Assembly (NCBI GenBank): GCA_024704765.1
Contig: JAKMXF010000222.1
Location: 1,430,400-1,494,399, forward strand
DNA: 64,000 nt
Direction of reading: 5' to 3'
From: Oopsacas minuta
Taxonomy: Eukaryota > Animalia > Porifera
Shown here: in pieces, positions 26,201-44,149 of the stretch
Layout: each line of letters starts with the position of its first letter
Numbering within the stretch: position 1 is the stretch's first letter
Position numbers and translations under genes: made by a program
Notes under the pieces: model-generated
What the model was told of the DNA's origin: nothing
Database searches by the model: none
The model's input: the letters and a program-made list of their open reading frames with translations, nothing else

Positions 26201-28426
26201 ATAAGCCCATATAGTTAAACTCCATATACTGAAAGTTTCAAGCTTATTGAATGCAAATTATGAATTTTTGAGATAATTACGTGTAGTCAATTTATACCCA
26301 CTGTTGAATTTATGGCTTCAAAGAATGATAATTTCAACCTCAAATGGCGAGCTTACATAGAGTTTCACACAATACTCAAGATCCAGCCCGTACAGATCTT
26401 CAGCGAGTTACAGGAGATATTATGCGTGGATTGCCCTTCCAGATCTACTGTAGAGCGATGGGCTGCCCGTTTTAGATCTGGTGATGCTGATGTCACAGAA
26501 TTGCCTCGATCTGGAAGACTGGTATCCGCCACCACTTCAGAGAACATCGCACTCATTGAAAGTATGGTCATGGAAGACAAGTGCATTACTGTCAATCAGT
26601 TAGAACAAAGTATGGAGATTTCATCGGGAGCTATTCATACAATTCTGACAACTGAGCTTGGCTACCGATCGATTTGTGGGAAATGGGTCCCGCATAAGCT
26701 CAGTGAGAATCAAAGGTTGGCACGACTGAATATTGCCAAGAAACTCTTGGAAACTTATGAGAACTGCGATTCTAGACGCCTAACAGAGATTATTACTGGT
26801 GACGAGACGTGGGTGTACTATTCAACACCCTATAGCAAGTAAAAGAAGCGATCATGGGTGAGGGGCGACGAACAACCGGCGAAAATTCCTAGGCTCGACT
26901 TCAGAAAACCTAAGATTATGTATACCATCTTCTTCAGTAGTCATGGAATTGTCTTGCAATTACCTTGTGAGAGTGGCTAGGCTGTTACTGCTACTTTCTT
27001 TACAGAGCAAGTGCTTCCAAATTTGATAAAAATATAGAAAAGTACCGCCCGAAAACCGGAACTCGAGGAATGAAGATTTTAATTGATAACGCCAGTTCCC
27101 ATACAGCTAAGCTTACCAAAAATTTCTTGGATGTAGAAGGGTTAGATTACTTCCCCATCCACCATACTCACCAGACCTAGCTCCGTGTGATTTTTGGCTA
27201 TTCCCCAGGCTTAAAATCTACCTTCAAGGCAAAGATGTTAACACATTACAAGCACTCGGAACGGGCCTGTACCAGTACTTCAAATCCATCCCCGAAGAAG
27301 AGTACAGAAATGTGTTTTACAAGTGGGTGAAAGGTTAAAACTTTTGTGTATCTGCAGGAGGTGATTACTTTGAATAAATAATATAGTGAATTAGTGTGTA
27401 TAGTGTTTGTATCATATTCTATGATATCATCCGCAAGACTTATTGAACGCCCTAGTATAGGATAATACTGTACCTGAATGATAGCATACTCAGATTGCAA
27501 CAACTCCACTACAGGAGGTATACCATTGCTTTCCAAGAGAGAATTTCTAGCTTGATGACACTCCAGCAGGAGAGAAAACGTCTTTATAACATTACGCTGT
27601 ATATCTGCATTAGGTAATGTCATAAGTTTAATTAGCTTGTCTATAGCTCCAGATTCGTGGATCTTTAGTTTGGAAGAGAAACTAAATGCAAGATGCGAGA
27701 ACAGGAGAGTCACTGCCTAAAAGAATCAATTTACTAATAGTCTGAGCGTATTATCCTTGAAATTGGGGTGAATACATATTGCCTATAACTATAAAACAGA
27801 ATACGGCCAGCATAAAATTTTGTGGGATTTGGGTAAATATAGAGCCCAAAATTTAGCATTCCGATTCATTGGGATAGTTTCGCATAGCCCGTGATCGGTT
27901 TTAATCTATATAAAATTGCAGTTCCAATGATGCCAAATAATTATGCCTCCACTATATTTAGTTCCAACCTATGTCAGGTTCCACCTAATATCCTAATTTG
28001 TTCAGACTATAACAGTAGGAATAGGAAAGAGGATTAACTTACCTCTTTCGTAATAATTTCTTCTTCTTCTACTAGGAGACAAGTCAGCTGTTGGAAACAA
28101 TCTAACTCTCCTATAGCTCTCCTACCCTCGGATACTGCAGATAAGCTTCCCATACACATAGCAGCATGAGCCCGTATAGCCTTCTCAGGGCTCTTCAGTT
28201 TACTAACCAACTTACTCAGTAGGTCTAGTGATAATAGCTCTATTCTATTAGCGTCACTAAAAGAGGAATATTTGTAGATAGCTTCACACACCTGAGCAAT
28301 AAGTATATCTTCTGTAGAGTCTAGCATTAATACTGCTGTACGGATATCGCGCGTTGTTATGTCCAGAGGAGCAAAGGACTCCAATGACTGCACTGTTTCT
28401 GTTTCTTTTGTCTTTTTAGCAGGCAT
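23222..28426 (-). CDS. ARMC3: Armadillo repeat-containing protein 3; exons 28426-28043, 27716-27474, 25777-25532, 25468-24953, 24899-24118, 23552-23222
   Basis: The N-terminus MPAKK...TAVLMLDSTED...CEAIYKY matches ARMC3. It has ARM repeats, a Lys/Glu-rich insert, and a C-terminal EDR1-like domain (LPIGLIRQGFFQHRALLFKFLSD, LVRGEYGRAWNEV, YVVDLFHEPGRL). All junctions are GT-AG and in frame. Confidence 0.9.
25924..26074. mobile_element. pogo-type MITE in ARMC3 intron 2
   Basis: TA|CAGTCAATCCCGTTATATCGAA ... TTCGATATATTTGGGAGTAGACTG|TA. Confidence 0.55.
26123..27455 (+). mobile_element. mariner (DD34D) transposon, full length but inactivated, in ARMC3 intron 2
   Basis: TIRs (TC/CT)AGGGCGTTCAATAAGTCTTGCGG with TA TSDs. 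Transposase from 26312 has HTH, WVPHKL, IITGDETW, DNASSH and HPPYSPDLAPCDFWLF. It carries premature stops (26840, about 26978) and frameshifts. Confidence 0.93.
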
Positions 28427-28834
28427 CTCACTAGCTACTGGCACCTATTACGACCTGGTACATATAATATTACAGGGAAATTGGAATACTAACTGATGGA
28501 AGCAATTTTCATAAAATAGGGAGGTAAATACTGGATTAAGCCCTAAATTGGTGATCTTTTTGGACTTGGTGCATGATGGTTGCAAACATGGTCCCATAGA
28601 CAATTAAAATCTATTGCAGTTAAATCTCTAGAAATAGTGAGCTCAAAGATCTGAGCACCTTTAGAGAATTCTGTACTAAATGTGCTTCAAAGTCGGGATA
28701 ATCTCAAAAATCAATTCAAAGATAAAATAGTAATCTTTAATATATCAAATACAATAAAAATATATTAATAAAAATGCACAACTTCATGCTTCAATCTTGT
28801 AAAAATAAAACACGTACTCCATCATATATACAAG

Positions 28835-30442
28835 CTAGTTCGGTTTATAAGCAGGGTACCTGTGTGTATAAGGCACCATTCTGTGATAAAATATTAAATA
28901 CAATAAAACAGATAAAACTACAACTCCCACAATAGTTGCAAATGTGACCTGTGGACCTGTATACATATAGAGATGGCTGAAAGATGCTGGACCTACAATA
29001 CGAGCTAGAGCACCTGCAGAAGTGAATACACCCATATACAAGCCTGGAGGATGCGGACCTAATATCTTCGAGAATATAGTCATCAACAAAATACCAGACA
29101 TAGGGAAAGCGATTGAAAATAGAATAGGAGACAGCCAAAATTGGAATTCACGTAGTTTCGGTACATAAAGACACCATGCTTGTCTTTCATAATCACATCC
29201 TACTACTTCTGTAGTGTTAGATACTAGAGAATTGTTTACACGTAAAACCTCAGACTTAACGTATGGCAACTCGCCAGGCCATGGAATACATATATAAATA
29301 GCGATAGCCAGAAATATTAACGCTGTAACATGGAGAGATCGTTCTTGAAAATATTTAACCAAGTATTTAACAGCGATAATAATACCAAGTGAGAGTATAC
29401 CACTAATTGCAAATACTATATTATTGTAAAAAATCGCTTGTTGATTCGTCCATGCAAATTCATCCATAGAATAGGGTGTGGTTAGTGTCTCAAAAGAGCA
29501 CCACACCGCAGAGAAAAATAATATCTGCAGTATACATACTATAATAGCTATTTTATCGAATGGAGGTTTGCCAGAAGTATCTGATTCAGATTTTTGATTA
29601 ATTAACGGAGTTTCTTCTGTTACTTTACGTTTGTAAGATTTCTTTTTCTTAAAAACTGAGAATTCTTTAAACCAAATGAAAGAAATTAAATTAATAAAAG
29701 TGAAAATAGAACAGAAATAAGCAGGACATGTGTACATATTAAATCTCAGGTTAATATATGGTATGGTATACCCTGGGTAGCTAATAGGTTGGAAAGCAAA
29801 GCCTATTACAGGACCAATGAAGAACCCTACTGATCGAGTAGCATTGAGGTTAGCTAATGCACTAGTACGTTCACTCTCTGTTGTAGCCGAGGCTATGTAA
29901 GCTCGCATGACAGAAGCACTGCCAAATGCAAAACCTATTATCAGTCGTGTAAGTAGAATTATGTAAATAGCTACTTGAGGTGAGAATACATGACCATATG
30001 CGTAGAGAATGTTAGATAGCATTGATGTTATTAGTGCTAACACAAAGACCTCTCTCGCTGGTCGATGATTAAACCACCAACCGAATAGTGGAGCAGAGAA
30101 GAACTGACCAATTGAAAAGGCTGATATTACCCAACCATAAAATCCCTTGTCTACGTCACGGTTTAAAGTACGTAGATATGGAAATACATTAGTTATAACC
30201 ATTGAGAAGCTGATAGCGAATAGGAACATAGTGAAGTATATGATACGAATTGACCACCATTTATTGTGGATTTTGGGAGATACTGCTATATTATTCCTGT
30301 CTGGGTGTATCGTTAAGTTGTTCACTGGATTATACTCAGCAGCAGAAACATCAGGAATTTGCTGCTTTTGCGGTATTAGAGTTCCATCTTCTTCAGAATC
30401 GTTAGGTAGAGAAATAAGTTCTTTCTTTTGAATTGAATTCAT
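28835..30442 (-). CDS. MFSD8: MFS transporter, MFSD8/CLN7-like, intronless
   Basis: 535 aa with about 12 TM segments. Motifs WWSIRIIYFTMFL, GWVISAFSIGQFFSAPLFGWW, RAYIASAT, SKILGPHPPGLYMG and ARIVGP are typical of MFSD8. Confidence 0.85.
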   Translation of the reverse strand: MNSIQKKELISLPNDSEEDGTLIPQKQQIPDVSAAEYNPVNNLTIHPDRNNIAVSPKIHNKWWSIRIIYFTMFLFAISFSMVITNVFPYLRTLNRDVDKGFYGWVISAFSIGQFFSAPLFGWWFNHRPAREVFVLALITSMLSNILYAYGHVFSPQVAIYIILLTRLIIGFAFGSASVMRAYIASATTESERTSALANLNATRSVGFFIGPVIGFAFQPISYPGYTIPYINLRFNMYTCPAYFCSIFTFINLISFIWFKEFSVFKKKKSYKRKVTEETPLINQKSESDTSGKPPFDKIAIIVCILQILFFSAVWCSFETLTTPYSMDEFAWTNQQAIFYNNIVFAISGILSLGIIIAVKYLVKYFQERSLHVTALIFLAIAIYICIPWPGELPYVKSEVLRVNNSLVSNTTEVVGCDYERQAWCLYVPKLREFQFWLSPILFSIAFPMSGILLMTIFSKILGPHPPGLYMGVFTSAGALARIVGPASFSHLYMYTGPQVTFATIVGVVVLSVLLYLIFYHRMVPYTHRYPAYKPN

Positions 30443-30919
30443 TATTTAATATCAGTTCTTGTAAATCACTTATTTATAATTATTAGTTGGTTTTCAAACA
30501 CATTTAGTATAGACGCAGTGAAATAGGATATAAGTGATTTGGGTGATATATGGAGATGTGTATAAGAACAGCCTTTATCTATTTTCTATAACAAATATAC
30601 GTATACGTAAGGCAAAAGCAAACGAGTTCTTAAATTGTATATTTATCACAGAAAAGTTATACAGTTTCATGAAATAGTATGACAATTAAAACATACGAAA
30701 TAATCTTTCTGTGATGTAGTCTTGCATCATTTGAAACTTGAAACGAGAAACGAAGCAGTGTACCTAGCGACAGATGATACGAATACGAAAATAGCACACA
30801 CAAACGCCCACTTAATTAAGTGATGAGAGCGCACATTCGACAGCACACTGCACGATAGAACGTATGTACATAATAATATACTATAGTCAGAGATAACGCG
30901 AAAAAGTGCGATTCGAGTG

Positions 30920-36729
<5,810 letters not shown>

Positions 36730-36832
36730 TCAGACACGCTACTACTTGCTCTAATAGATCGATATAAGACTAAGTATTAGAGAGAGCCTACCTAATGCTC
36801 AAACCCTAAACAATGTGAAGACATACTACCAA

Positions 36833-37472
36833 TGACGCACGGGATAATATTCACAGACAATTCGTGTATAGATTATGTCTACAATGGAATCATTTTATAC
36901 TGGAGACGGGTTAGCAGTAGAATCGTGTCTCTTGTGGTGATGAACATAACACTGAAGAGTCAGAATCGATATTATTGCAAGTATGTTAATAATTATTTAC
37001 AAAATTAAGTAAAATATGGAATATTGGAAAGACAATGAAATTATAAATCAGTTTTACTCATATTTTATACCACATAGAATTGAAATTACGTCATTATGCT
37101 TTGACGTACTATATGTATTTTCTTACATACACAAATTATTACGCATTAGAACCTGAGAAATGACTCACTGCGTACTTATGTTCACGAGTATTCGCTGACT
37201 GACAAAAGAAGGCCATAGATTGCGTCAATTAATTATTTATAAGAAATAATGTGTTTGAACTCTAAAATGTTTACAATAATGTGTGTACAACTCTAGTCTT
37301 AGATAGAATATGTAGAAAACTAATAAAAGATAAAAGTATGAACTCTTATCAGACATCATAATTATAGCATCATGAACATTGTGAGCATACATCCAGATTC
37401 CCTAATTAGTCGCTGGAAGATACCTTAGTACATAATCATCTAATTAAGACATAATTAACTCGAATGACGTCA
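36833..37472 (-). promoter_or_regulatory. Cluster of CRE/ATF/AP-1-type bZIP motifs upstream of SIK
   Basis: TGACGCA 36833, TTACGTCA 37086, TGACGTA 37102, TGACTCA 37161, TTGCGTCA 37220 and a full palindromic TGACGTCA at 37465. Motif presence only; function is not shown. Confidence 0.45.
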
Positions 37473-37623
37473 ATACGGGCAACCTGAGAATGTAACATAT
37501 GTTTCTTGAAGGATTAAGTTGCATGCAAAATTACTGAATTACAGTTGTACCTCTGTATTCTAACATTCTTGAATAAAGTGTCTACTCTCAAATAAGAATT
37601 ATAATAATGAAGCTAAAAATATA

Positions 37624-38712
37624 TTAGCAAATTTTCACAATTCTATTTTCAATCCAAGATTCTTCTTCTTTCATTTTATTATTTCTAAAAAATGCGCCTA
37701 ATCGCTTATACCGAGATACTACGTCAAATCCGAATAGAGACTGTAGTTTTCTTAAATCGACAGGACACAAGAACATTGGTTGTTTGAAATCTTCTTCTAG
37801 ATGTCCGGCCCCGTTCATGATACAGCTAAACCAAATACAATGGCCTAATCCGAATAAGTGCGATATCTCATGAACCATAAGTCTACAAGATCTCAATAAC
37901 ATTATCCTCTTAAACTCTTCCTCTCTAATAGAGACTACATCTTCAACCAACTGGTACCAGTGTTCTTGTGAGAATGATACACTTGGATTGTATCGACAGA
38001 AACTAAACACTCCCACTCTATTCCTACCCCCAGCCATTCCAGCAACAAACAAGTCAGGAGTTGTTTCATACAAATCTGCCATAGTAAAACCAATAAGACA
38101 GAGTGCATCATCAGGAATTAATTCTTTCAACTCTTTCAGGACGCTATCAACCTTTAACTGAAAAGAACCTGTTTTCACGTGGAATCTACTGGTTAACTGA
38201 ATCTTTACTGAGTCAGGTCTTACCAGAATTACCTTATTATTCTTTGTGAATTCAAGATGAAGAGTGCTCATAACTTTAACTGGACAGCAGAAAAAATGAT
38301 TTGTGAATTCCATCAGAGAAGAAATGTCTGGAGATTTTCCTACAGGAAAGTTTCCAAGCGGTACAAGATATATCTTCCCCTGAGGGTATTTGGCTAGAAT
38401 AGTTGCACCAGTAGGTTCAAATGTCTGTTTCAGATATGGTTGTCTACGCGTCGAGAACCATGGACATCCTGATATGAATTGTTGGTATGTGTCTCCCGTC
38501 TCATTGTACTGGGCGAGCCAGTCATCAACAGAGGTTGGTTCTGGAATTAATGAAAATCCTTCCTGTGAATAATGTTTTGGAATAAAGTTAGAATTCGTGG
38601 GTCTCTGTGTAAGATCTCCAATAGCGGAGATGGATGTTTTTAATTTAGGATTCTTGAAGCCACGAGCATATGGTATTTTTCTAACTACAGATCTTTTCCT
38701 TGTTTTTGGCAT
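37624..38712 (-). CDS. AMZ2: Archaemetzincin (AMZ2-like zinc metalloprotease), intronless
   Basis: HEISHLFGLGH (HExxHxxGxxH) followed by CIWFSCIMNG and LCPVDLRKL, plus DWLAQYNETGDTY and GVFSFCRY. The first ATG is at 38712 (the track starts at an alternative codon). Confidence 0.88.
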   Translation of the reverse strand: MPKTRKRSVVRKIPYARGFKNPKLKTSISAIGDLTQRPTNSNFIPKHYSQEGFSLIPEPTSVDDWLAQYNETGDTYQQFISGCPWFSTRRQPYLKQTFEPTGATILAKYPQGKIYLVPLGNFPVGKSPDISSLMEFTNHFFCCPVKVMSTLHLEFTKNNKVILVRPDSVKIQLTSRFHVKTGSFQLKVDSVLKELKELIPDDALCLIGFTMADLYETTPDLFVAGMAGGRNRVGVFSFCRYNPSVSFSQEHWYQLVEDVVSIREEEFKRIMLLRSCRLMVHEISHLFGLGHCIWFSCIMNGAGHLEEDFKQPMFLCPVDLRKLQSLFGFDVVSRYKRLGAFFRNNKMKEEESWIENRIVKIC

Positions 38713-39680
38713 CTCGTACAGTTTAGGGTGTAACAATAAAATTATGGATTCTTACTAACTAATTATACAAATACCGATAAGGAGAATTTCGTTAAATTAG
38801 CATTCGTGTGCGTGAACTACGCAATATACGATGTGTGAATTTATTAAGGGTAATTATAGCAATACTATACTATGAGTAATTATAGTTAATATGAGAGGGG
38901 GAAACGAGAAACATCAATTAATATATTGTAGGTTATCTGAATTGATACACGTCATGTACAAATGTAATGTCATCTATTTTAGGAACAATAGCATTCTCTG
39001 ATTCAACCATTATATAATTTTTAAACAATAGTCCTTGTTGAATAGTTGATGAAATAATAACCTTTTCAGTTCACGTATTTTCTCAACACGTTGGTAGTAC
39101 AATAGAAACACTACTCTATCTTTAGTGGGGTTAGACAATACTTATTAGCTAATACGTATTGTCTAACCCATGACTAGCCACTAGATTTTGTCCAAAAATG
39201 ACTGTAAGTAAGAATCTGTAAAGAAAGAAGACCACTAGGGGTATTATAGATAATCCATTCAAAATATTACTCCACAATTATAAACACGCGTCAACGCACG
39301 CTGTGGCAACATATAGGAGGGTATTTAGAGCTAATCCTGCAAAAATCTAGTGTTGTTCAATACATATTGAGAGTGACCACTCGCCCGGCCAGTTGGGTCA
39401 TGGAAAAGGTGACCGGTTCCATCTCTGATGCGGAGAGTTAAAAAAATACTTCACATGGATATGATAAAATGGTAACAGTCAGTCAGCCAGTTGCATATGA
39501 GCTAGTGACATACGATTTCTTAAAGTGCAACTTAACAAATGTAATTACAGAAATATAGTGGATGAGTTACACCATGGCAGATTAGCCATGTATACTGATA
39601 TGATATCTACAACACGAACTAATGCACCACAAATATGTAGTGACAAAAATGACAATATGACAGCTTGCAAATACTATACA

Positions 39681-42600
39681 TCACATCATGTTGAACTCCC
39701 AAATGTCTGATTCATACCCCTCATATACATAATCTAGGAGGACTTGTCTCCTCCTCTCGCAGTAGGTTGACTTGTCTTGTACTTTTACTTTAGTATCACT
39801 GATAGAGTCTGAATTGATATCTCTCTCTAAATACTCTGATAATGTTTCTGTAGCCATCTCTAGATCTCTCTGGTTGTCTTCAAATAAGATAGAGTGATTG
39901 TTCTTAGTTAGGAAGAAAGCAAACACGTACGTGTACATAAGAGTGTTACGACAGTGACAGAGACTGTCTACTGCTTGCTTAAGGAACTGAGTTTCTATCC
40001 AAGCTAATCCAAGTTTTTGCATGTCCCTCATTTTAACTTCAATCTGAGCGTATAGCTTATCTTCGAACTTCAAACTCTTCATATGGTTTACGTATCTATT
40101 ATAATAGAAGAGATAGCGTTCTAGTGCTTGTCTGTGTTGAGCCTGTCCGTCTCGAGCGACTTTAGCATTAGAATTATTGTAGCGGTTACAATTGTACCAA
40201 GATGAGCCATGTGGTTCCCAGGGTCCTAAGCACACCCAACAGAAGTCTGCTTTACAATTCACATTTCTACAAACCTAAATAGAGATAAAGTGTGTATAAA
40301 TATGGATTCCTGTCCAGATGTTGTTCGTCTAGGGCTTCCCGTTTAAAATATTTCTTTTTGCCCGATTTCTAAGCAAAATACAATTTCAATCGGGTTATTT
40401 TGTCCATTTGATCGCACTGCCAAAACGACAAAAAATCCAATTATTTATACGGGAATTTCGAATAAACAAATATTTACAATGACATGTGGACAAAAAACGA
40501 TTTCACTGTAATTCCGAAATCCCAAAATCCATGGGTTGAAAAGTTCTAAAATACCCATCCGAATCTTAATAAAATTAAAACTCCTTGACAACGCAGGAAT
40601 GCAGAATCTATATTAGTAAAATATCTTGCTATCTACCTAACGTTTAATTATTCATACGTACTAAATTATAAGTTCCAACGTAGGGATGCTTAGTAAAATC
40701 TGCTTTTTCTTGCAATTATAATGAATTAAACACTGCCTACCATGTGATTACAACCTCCACTCTTCTCAATAGTAGCCTTACACTTAGGACATTGTTTAGT
40801 ATTAGCGTGTATCCAGTGAGCAGTTTCTGAGTCATCTTCACACTTCTTTACCCACAATTGGAAATATTTACAGCTGACAGGCTCGTGAGCAGGAGAGGAG
40901 CAGCTGAAACAGAATCTGTACCCACAGTTACACATGACAGGTACTCCCCTGGTACTGTTAGCCTCCACAGCGAATGTACAGCCTGGAGAGGGACACCATT
41001 TCATCAATTTGTGTTGTTGTACGAATGTCTGAGCAGAGAGGTATTGGAAACGTCGAATTACCTACGAATACAATAAAAATTGGATACAACAGTCATCCTC
41101 CAAAATAGAGTAACAATTTGAGAAATAACCAATAGTGACAACACACAAATTCCGCACTAATATAACGCCCAATCTGAACTCATAATGCATACATAACTTA
41201 CAAAGGTGAGTCAGATAAATGTATCTTCCCAATAATGCTAGGGCGAGTGAAGGATAAAACGGAAACGGAAAGTGTGTGTTGAAAACAATTCTTCTGAATA
41301 CGATTAATATTATTTTCACACCATTGGGGGATATTTCAAATGATCCGAGATATTGGTCTATAACGACTAACAGAGTAACTGGAAACAAGACGCAATGTCG
41401 TCCGGATCTCGGAATTTCCCGAAACTCAGCAACTCTATACATAGTAGGCTATCCTCTATAACATACAGTAAACTCACGTTATAACGAAGTTCTCGGTTTC
41501 ATTTCGTAATATGCGGCATTTCATTGTAGCAATTAATTTCAAGCTATAGGGGGTAATGGATAACTTGGTTATAAAAAGGTTTTATTTATACCGTCTTGTT
41601 TACAACGGGAGGATACTGTAGTTCCAAATACAGGATGAATTTCATTTGGGAATAGAGATGTTATTCTAAATTTGTGATGATTGAAAACGTGTTTGACGTG
41701 AAACTACCAAAATTAAATTAAAGGAAGTTATCAGAAAATGTTTAAAACATTTAAAACGATTCAATAAAAGATGCCCGGAATAGGGAGGTGTCCAGATCTG
41801 TATATGGTTAGCACAATCAACTCCTATTACCTCGGAAATATACATTAGACTTACGTCAGGAAATGGTTGCATAACTCTGTACACGATGTTTTCATTCACT
41901 AGAATATCACATTTTCCATGAGGACAAGGAATAGCCAGTGCATTTCCACTGTCCTCAATGCGAGTTCGCATGTAATTCCGCCAACAGTCAATACAGAATA
42001 AGTGGTGACATTCTAGACCTTCAAGCTGTTTGTGAGATGTCTCCATAAGACATATGTCACATATTACATCCACTGACAGGATAGTTGAATTACCAACTGG
42101 AACTCTAGCCTGTCTGAAAGGATTCACTATGTGAGCATCTTTGAATAATTTCTCTTGATTTCCATCATAAAACCTTTCTAGCAGACGTTCTTTATCCCAA
42201 TTAAAATGTGATAACAGAATTCTTGTTGTGCAAGGAGGGAGCTCAAATATAGCATTCACCTGTGGAACAAATAACATGTATATATATATACACGTATATA
42301 GGTATATCTATACGAGCTGGTGGCTCGCTCGTAGCTTCGCGATAAACTTGGCCCTTAAGGGTTCGAAGTATTCATCGTACCCCGAATTTGGGAATTAGGA
42401 ATAAACAATTTATACAAAGCTTTCTTGACAAAAAGCCCCTGATTTCGACTGTATTAAGTTTTGTTTTTAAGCCCGTTTTTATTGATTCCTCCATATAAAA
42501 TCGTGTTAACCTGTTTCACGATATCATGCATCCTGCTCATGAGTTCATCTGGTCCGATACAAGTAAATTTGAAGTCCAGATAACCCATAGGACCGCGAGG

Positions 42601-42744
42601 CTCCTTCGCCATAAGGCCAGGAGGGGGCTTTAGGACAGGTTCCACTTGATCGAAAAACTCATCATCTGGATCGCTGAGATAATCAGGTTCATCATCATCA
42701 TTGTCTTTATCCTCGTCATCATGTTCATAATCAGAGTCTGACAT
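39681..42744 (-). CDS. ARIH1: E3 ubiquitin ligase Ariadne-1 (RBR); exons 42744-42511, 42259-41855, 41061-40741, 40274-39681
   Basis: Acidic N-terminus, UBA-like [18 protein letters not shown]1 CDIC...[24 protein letters not shown]2 with catalytic GGCNHM, and Ariadne domain [20 protein letters not shown]. Confidence 0.93.
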
Positions 42745-44149
42745 ATCTAACATAAGAATTGACTGGTTATGAAATAGGATTATTTGTAATAATTACGATT
42801 TTTGACTCAGGAACCGAGTCAATACCAATACCGATAATTCGTTACACGATATCTGACATCTCGCTAATATCAGACTTCCGGTAAAAATCATTACCTTTAT
42901 GGTAAGTAGATACAATAAATGTCAGATATTCGCTCAAACTAGCGAAATGTGATTATGGTGAAAGCAGATTGTTGGAAAATATGAAATTTTCTATTATTCG
43001 AAATTTGAAATAATAAGTACCTGCGCACCCGACACCCTGGGACTACACCCATCCTATAGAGTTAAGTAAATATGGTTTAGAGATTAGAGGTAATTATTTA
43101 CTGATTATTTATAATTAATATTTCAATTAATTACTCGGACTAATCTGTAGTTCTGCTGATTGTGTTGTGTTAAAATTGCACACATGCTGAGTACATAATA
43201 CGCATACATTGAATCGAGAACTTTGTAAGGTAAGGACAACATAGAGCTCTATATGACAAATCAGCAAACATGTTGATGACGAGAATGAAGTATATTCCAT
43301 AGACCCCAACCTAAGGAACCAAATGCTGGTTACCTTCCTACCTCTTCCAATTGAACACTTTCGTAAAGTGAAATAGAACTCTATAATTGACTTTCAGACT
43401 TGAAGCATGAGTGTTCAAGCATCAATCTCGAAAAATGAAAATATTTCACTTGCCAGCTGTAAATACTACCATTTTGTATATAGTTATTAAAACAGAGGAA
43501 GTGATGTGAATAATAGTGAGCTATGATATCATGTTGTAAATATTCATAAAACGAGCGGCCGGGTATACTTTTTAGCTCTTATATATTTGCGGAGATAGTC
43601 TCCTGTTATGGGGATAATAATCCAAGCTGCAGATTTGCCACAAAGAATTTAGATTTTTGAAATGCTGGTTTTATTGTTACTTGGCTGGTCTGTGGTCTGG
43701 CCAACCAAATGCTGGTCAAACCAGCATTTAGCTGATTACTTGGGGTCTATGATATTCGGTTTGTGGCGGTTGTGTGTGTGTATAAATTGTATTTTCAATA
43801 TTGTAACTAATGATAGAAATTACTCCCTAATATTCGTGCGAATATTATTCTGATGTTCGTATCATCCATTTTATTACGTGGTTATGCTCGATGCATAGTT
43901 TTCAGGCTAACCAACCACCTAAGTCCTTGAAAATTATAATGCATCTTAATCATTTTTTCGTCCTTTCAGATGAAAATGGTAAGACTCTTTAAAATAAACT
44001 TACCTCTAGGAAAAAAACTGTAGCCGAGCTAGAGTAGCATTTTCAAAAGTGAATAGCGGCAGTTTCTATACCCTATTTATTGAGTACGTAATTCAATAGA
44101 CTTAGAATATGGAGATATTGGCATAGGTATAAGGATATTTATCTAATTA

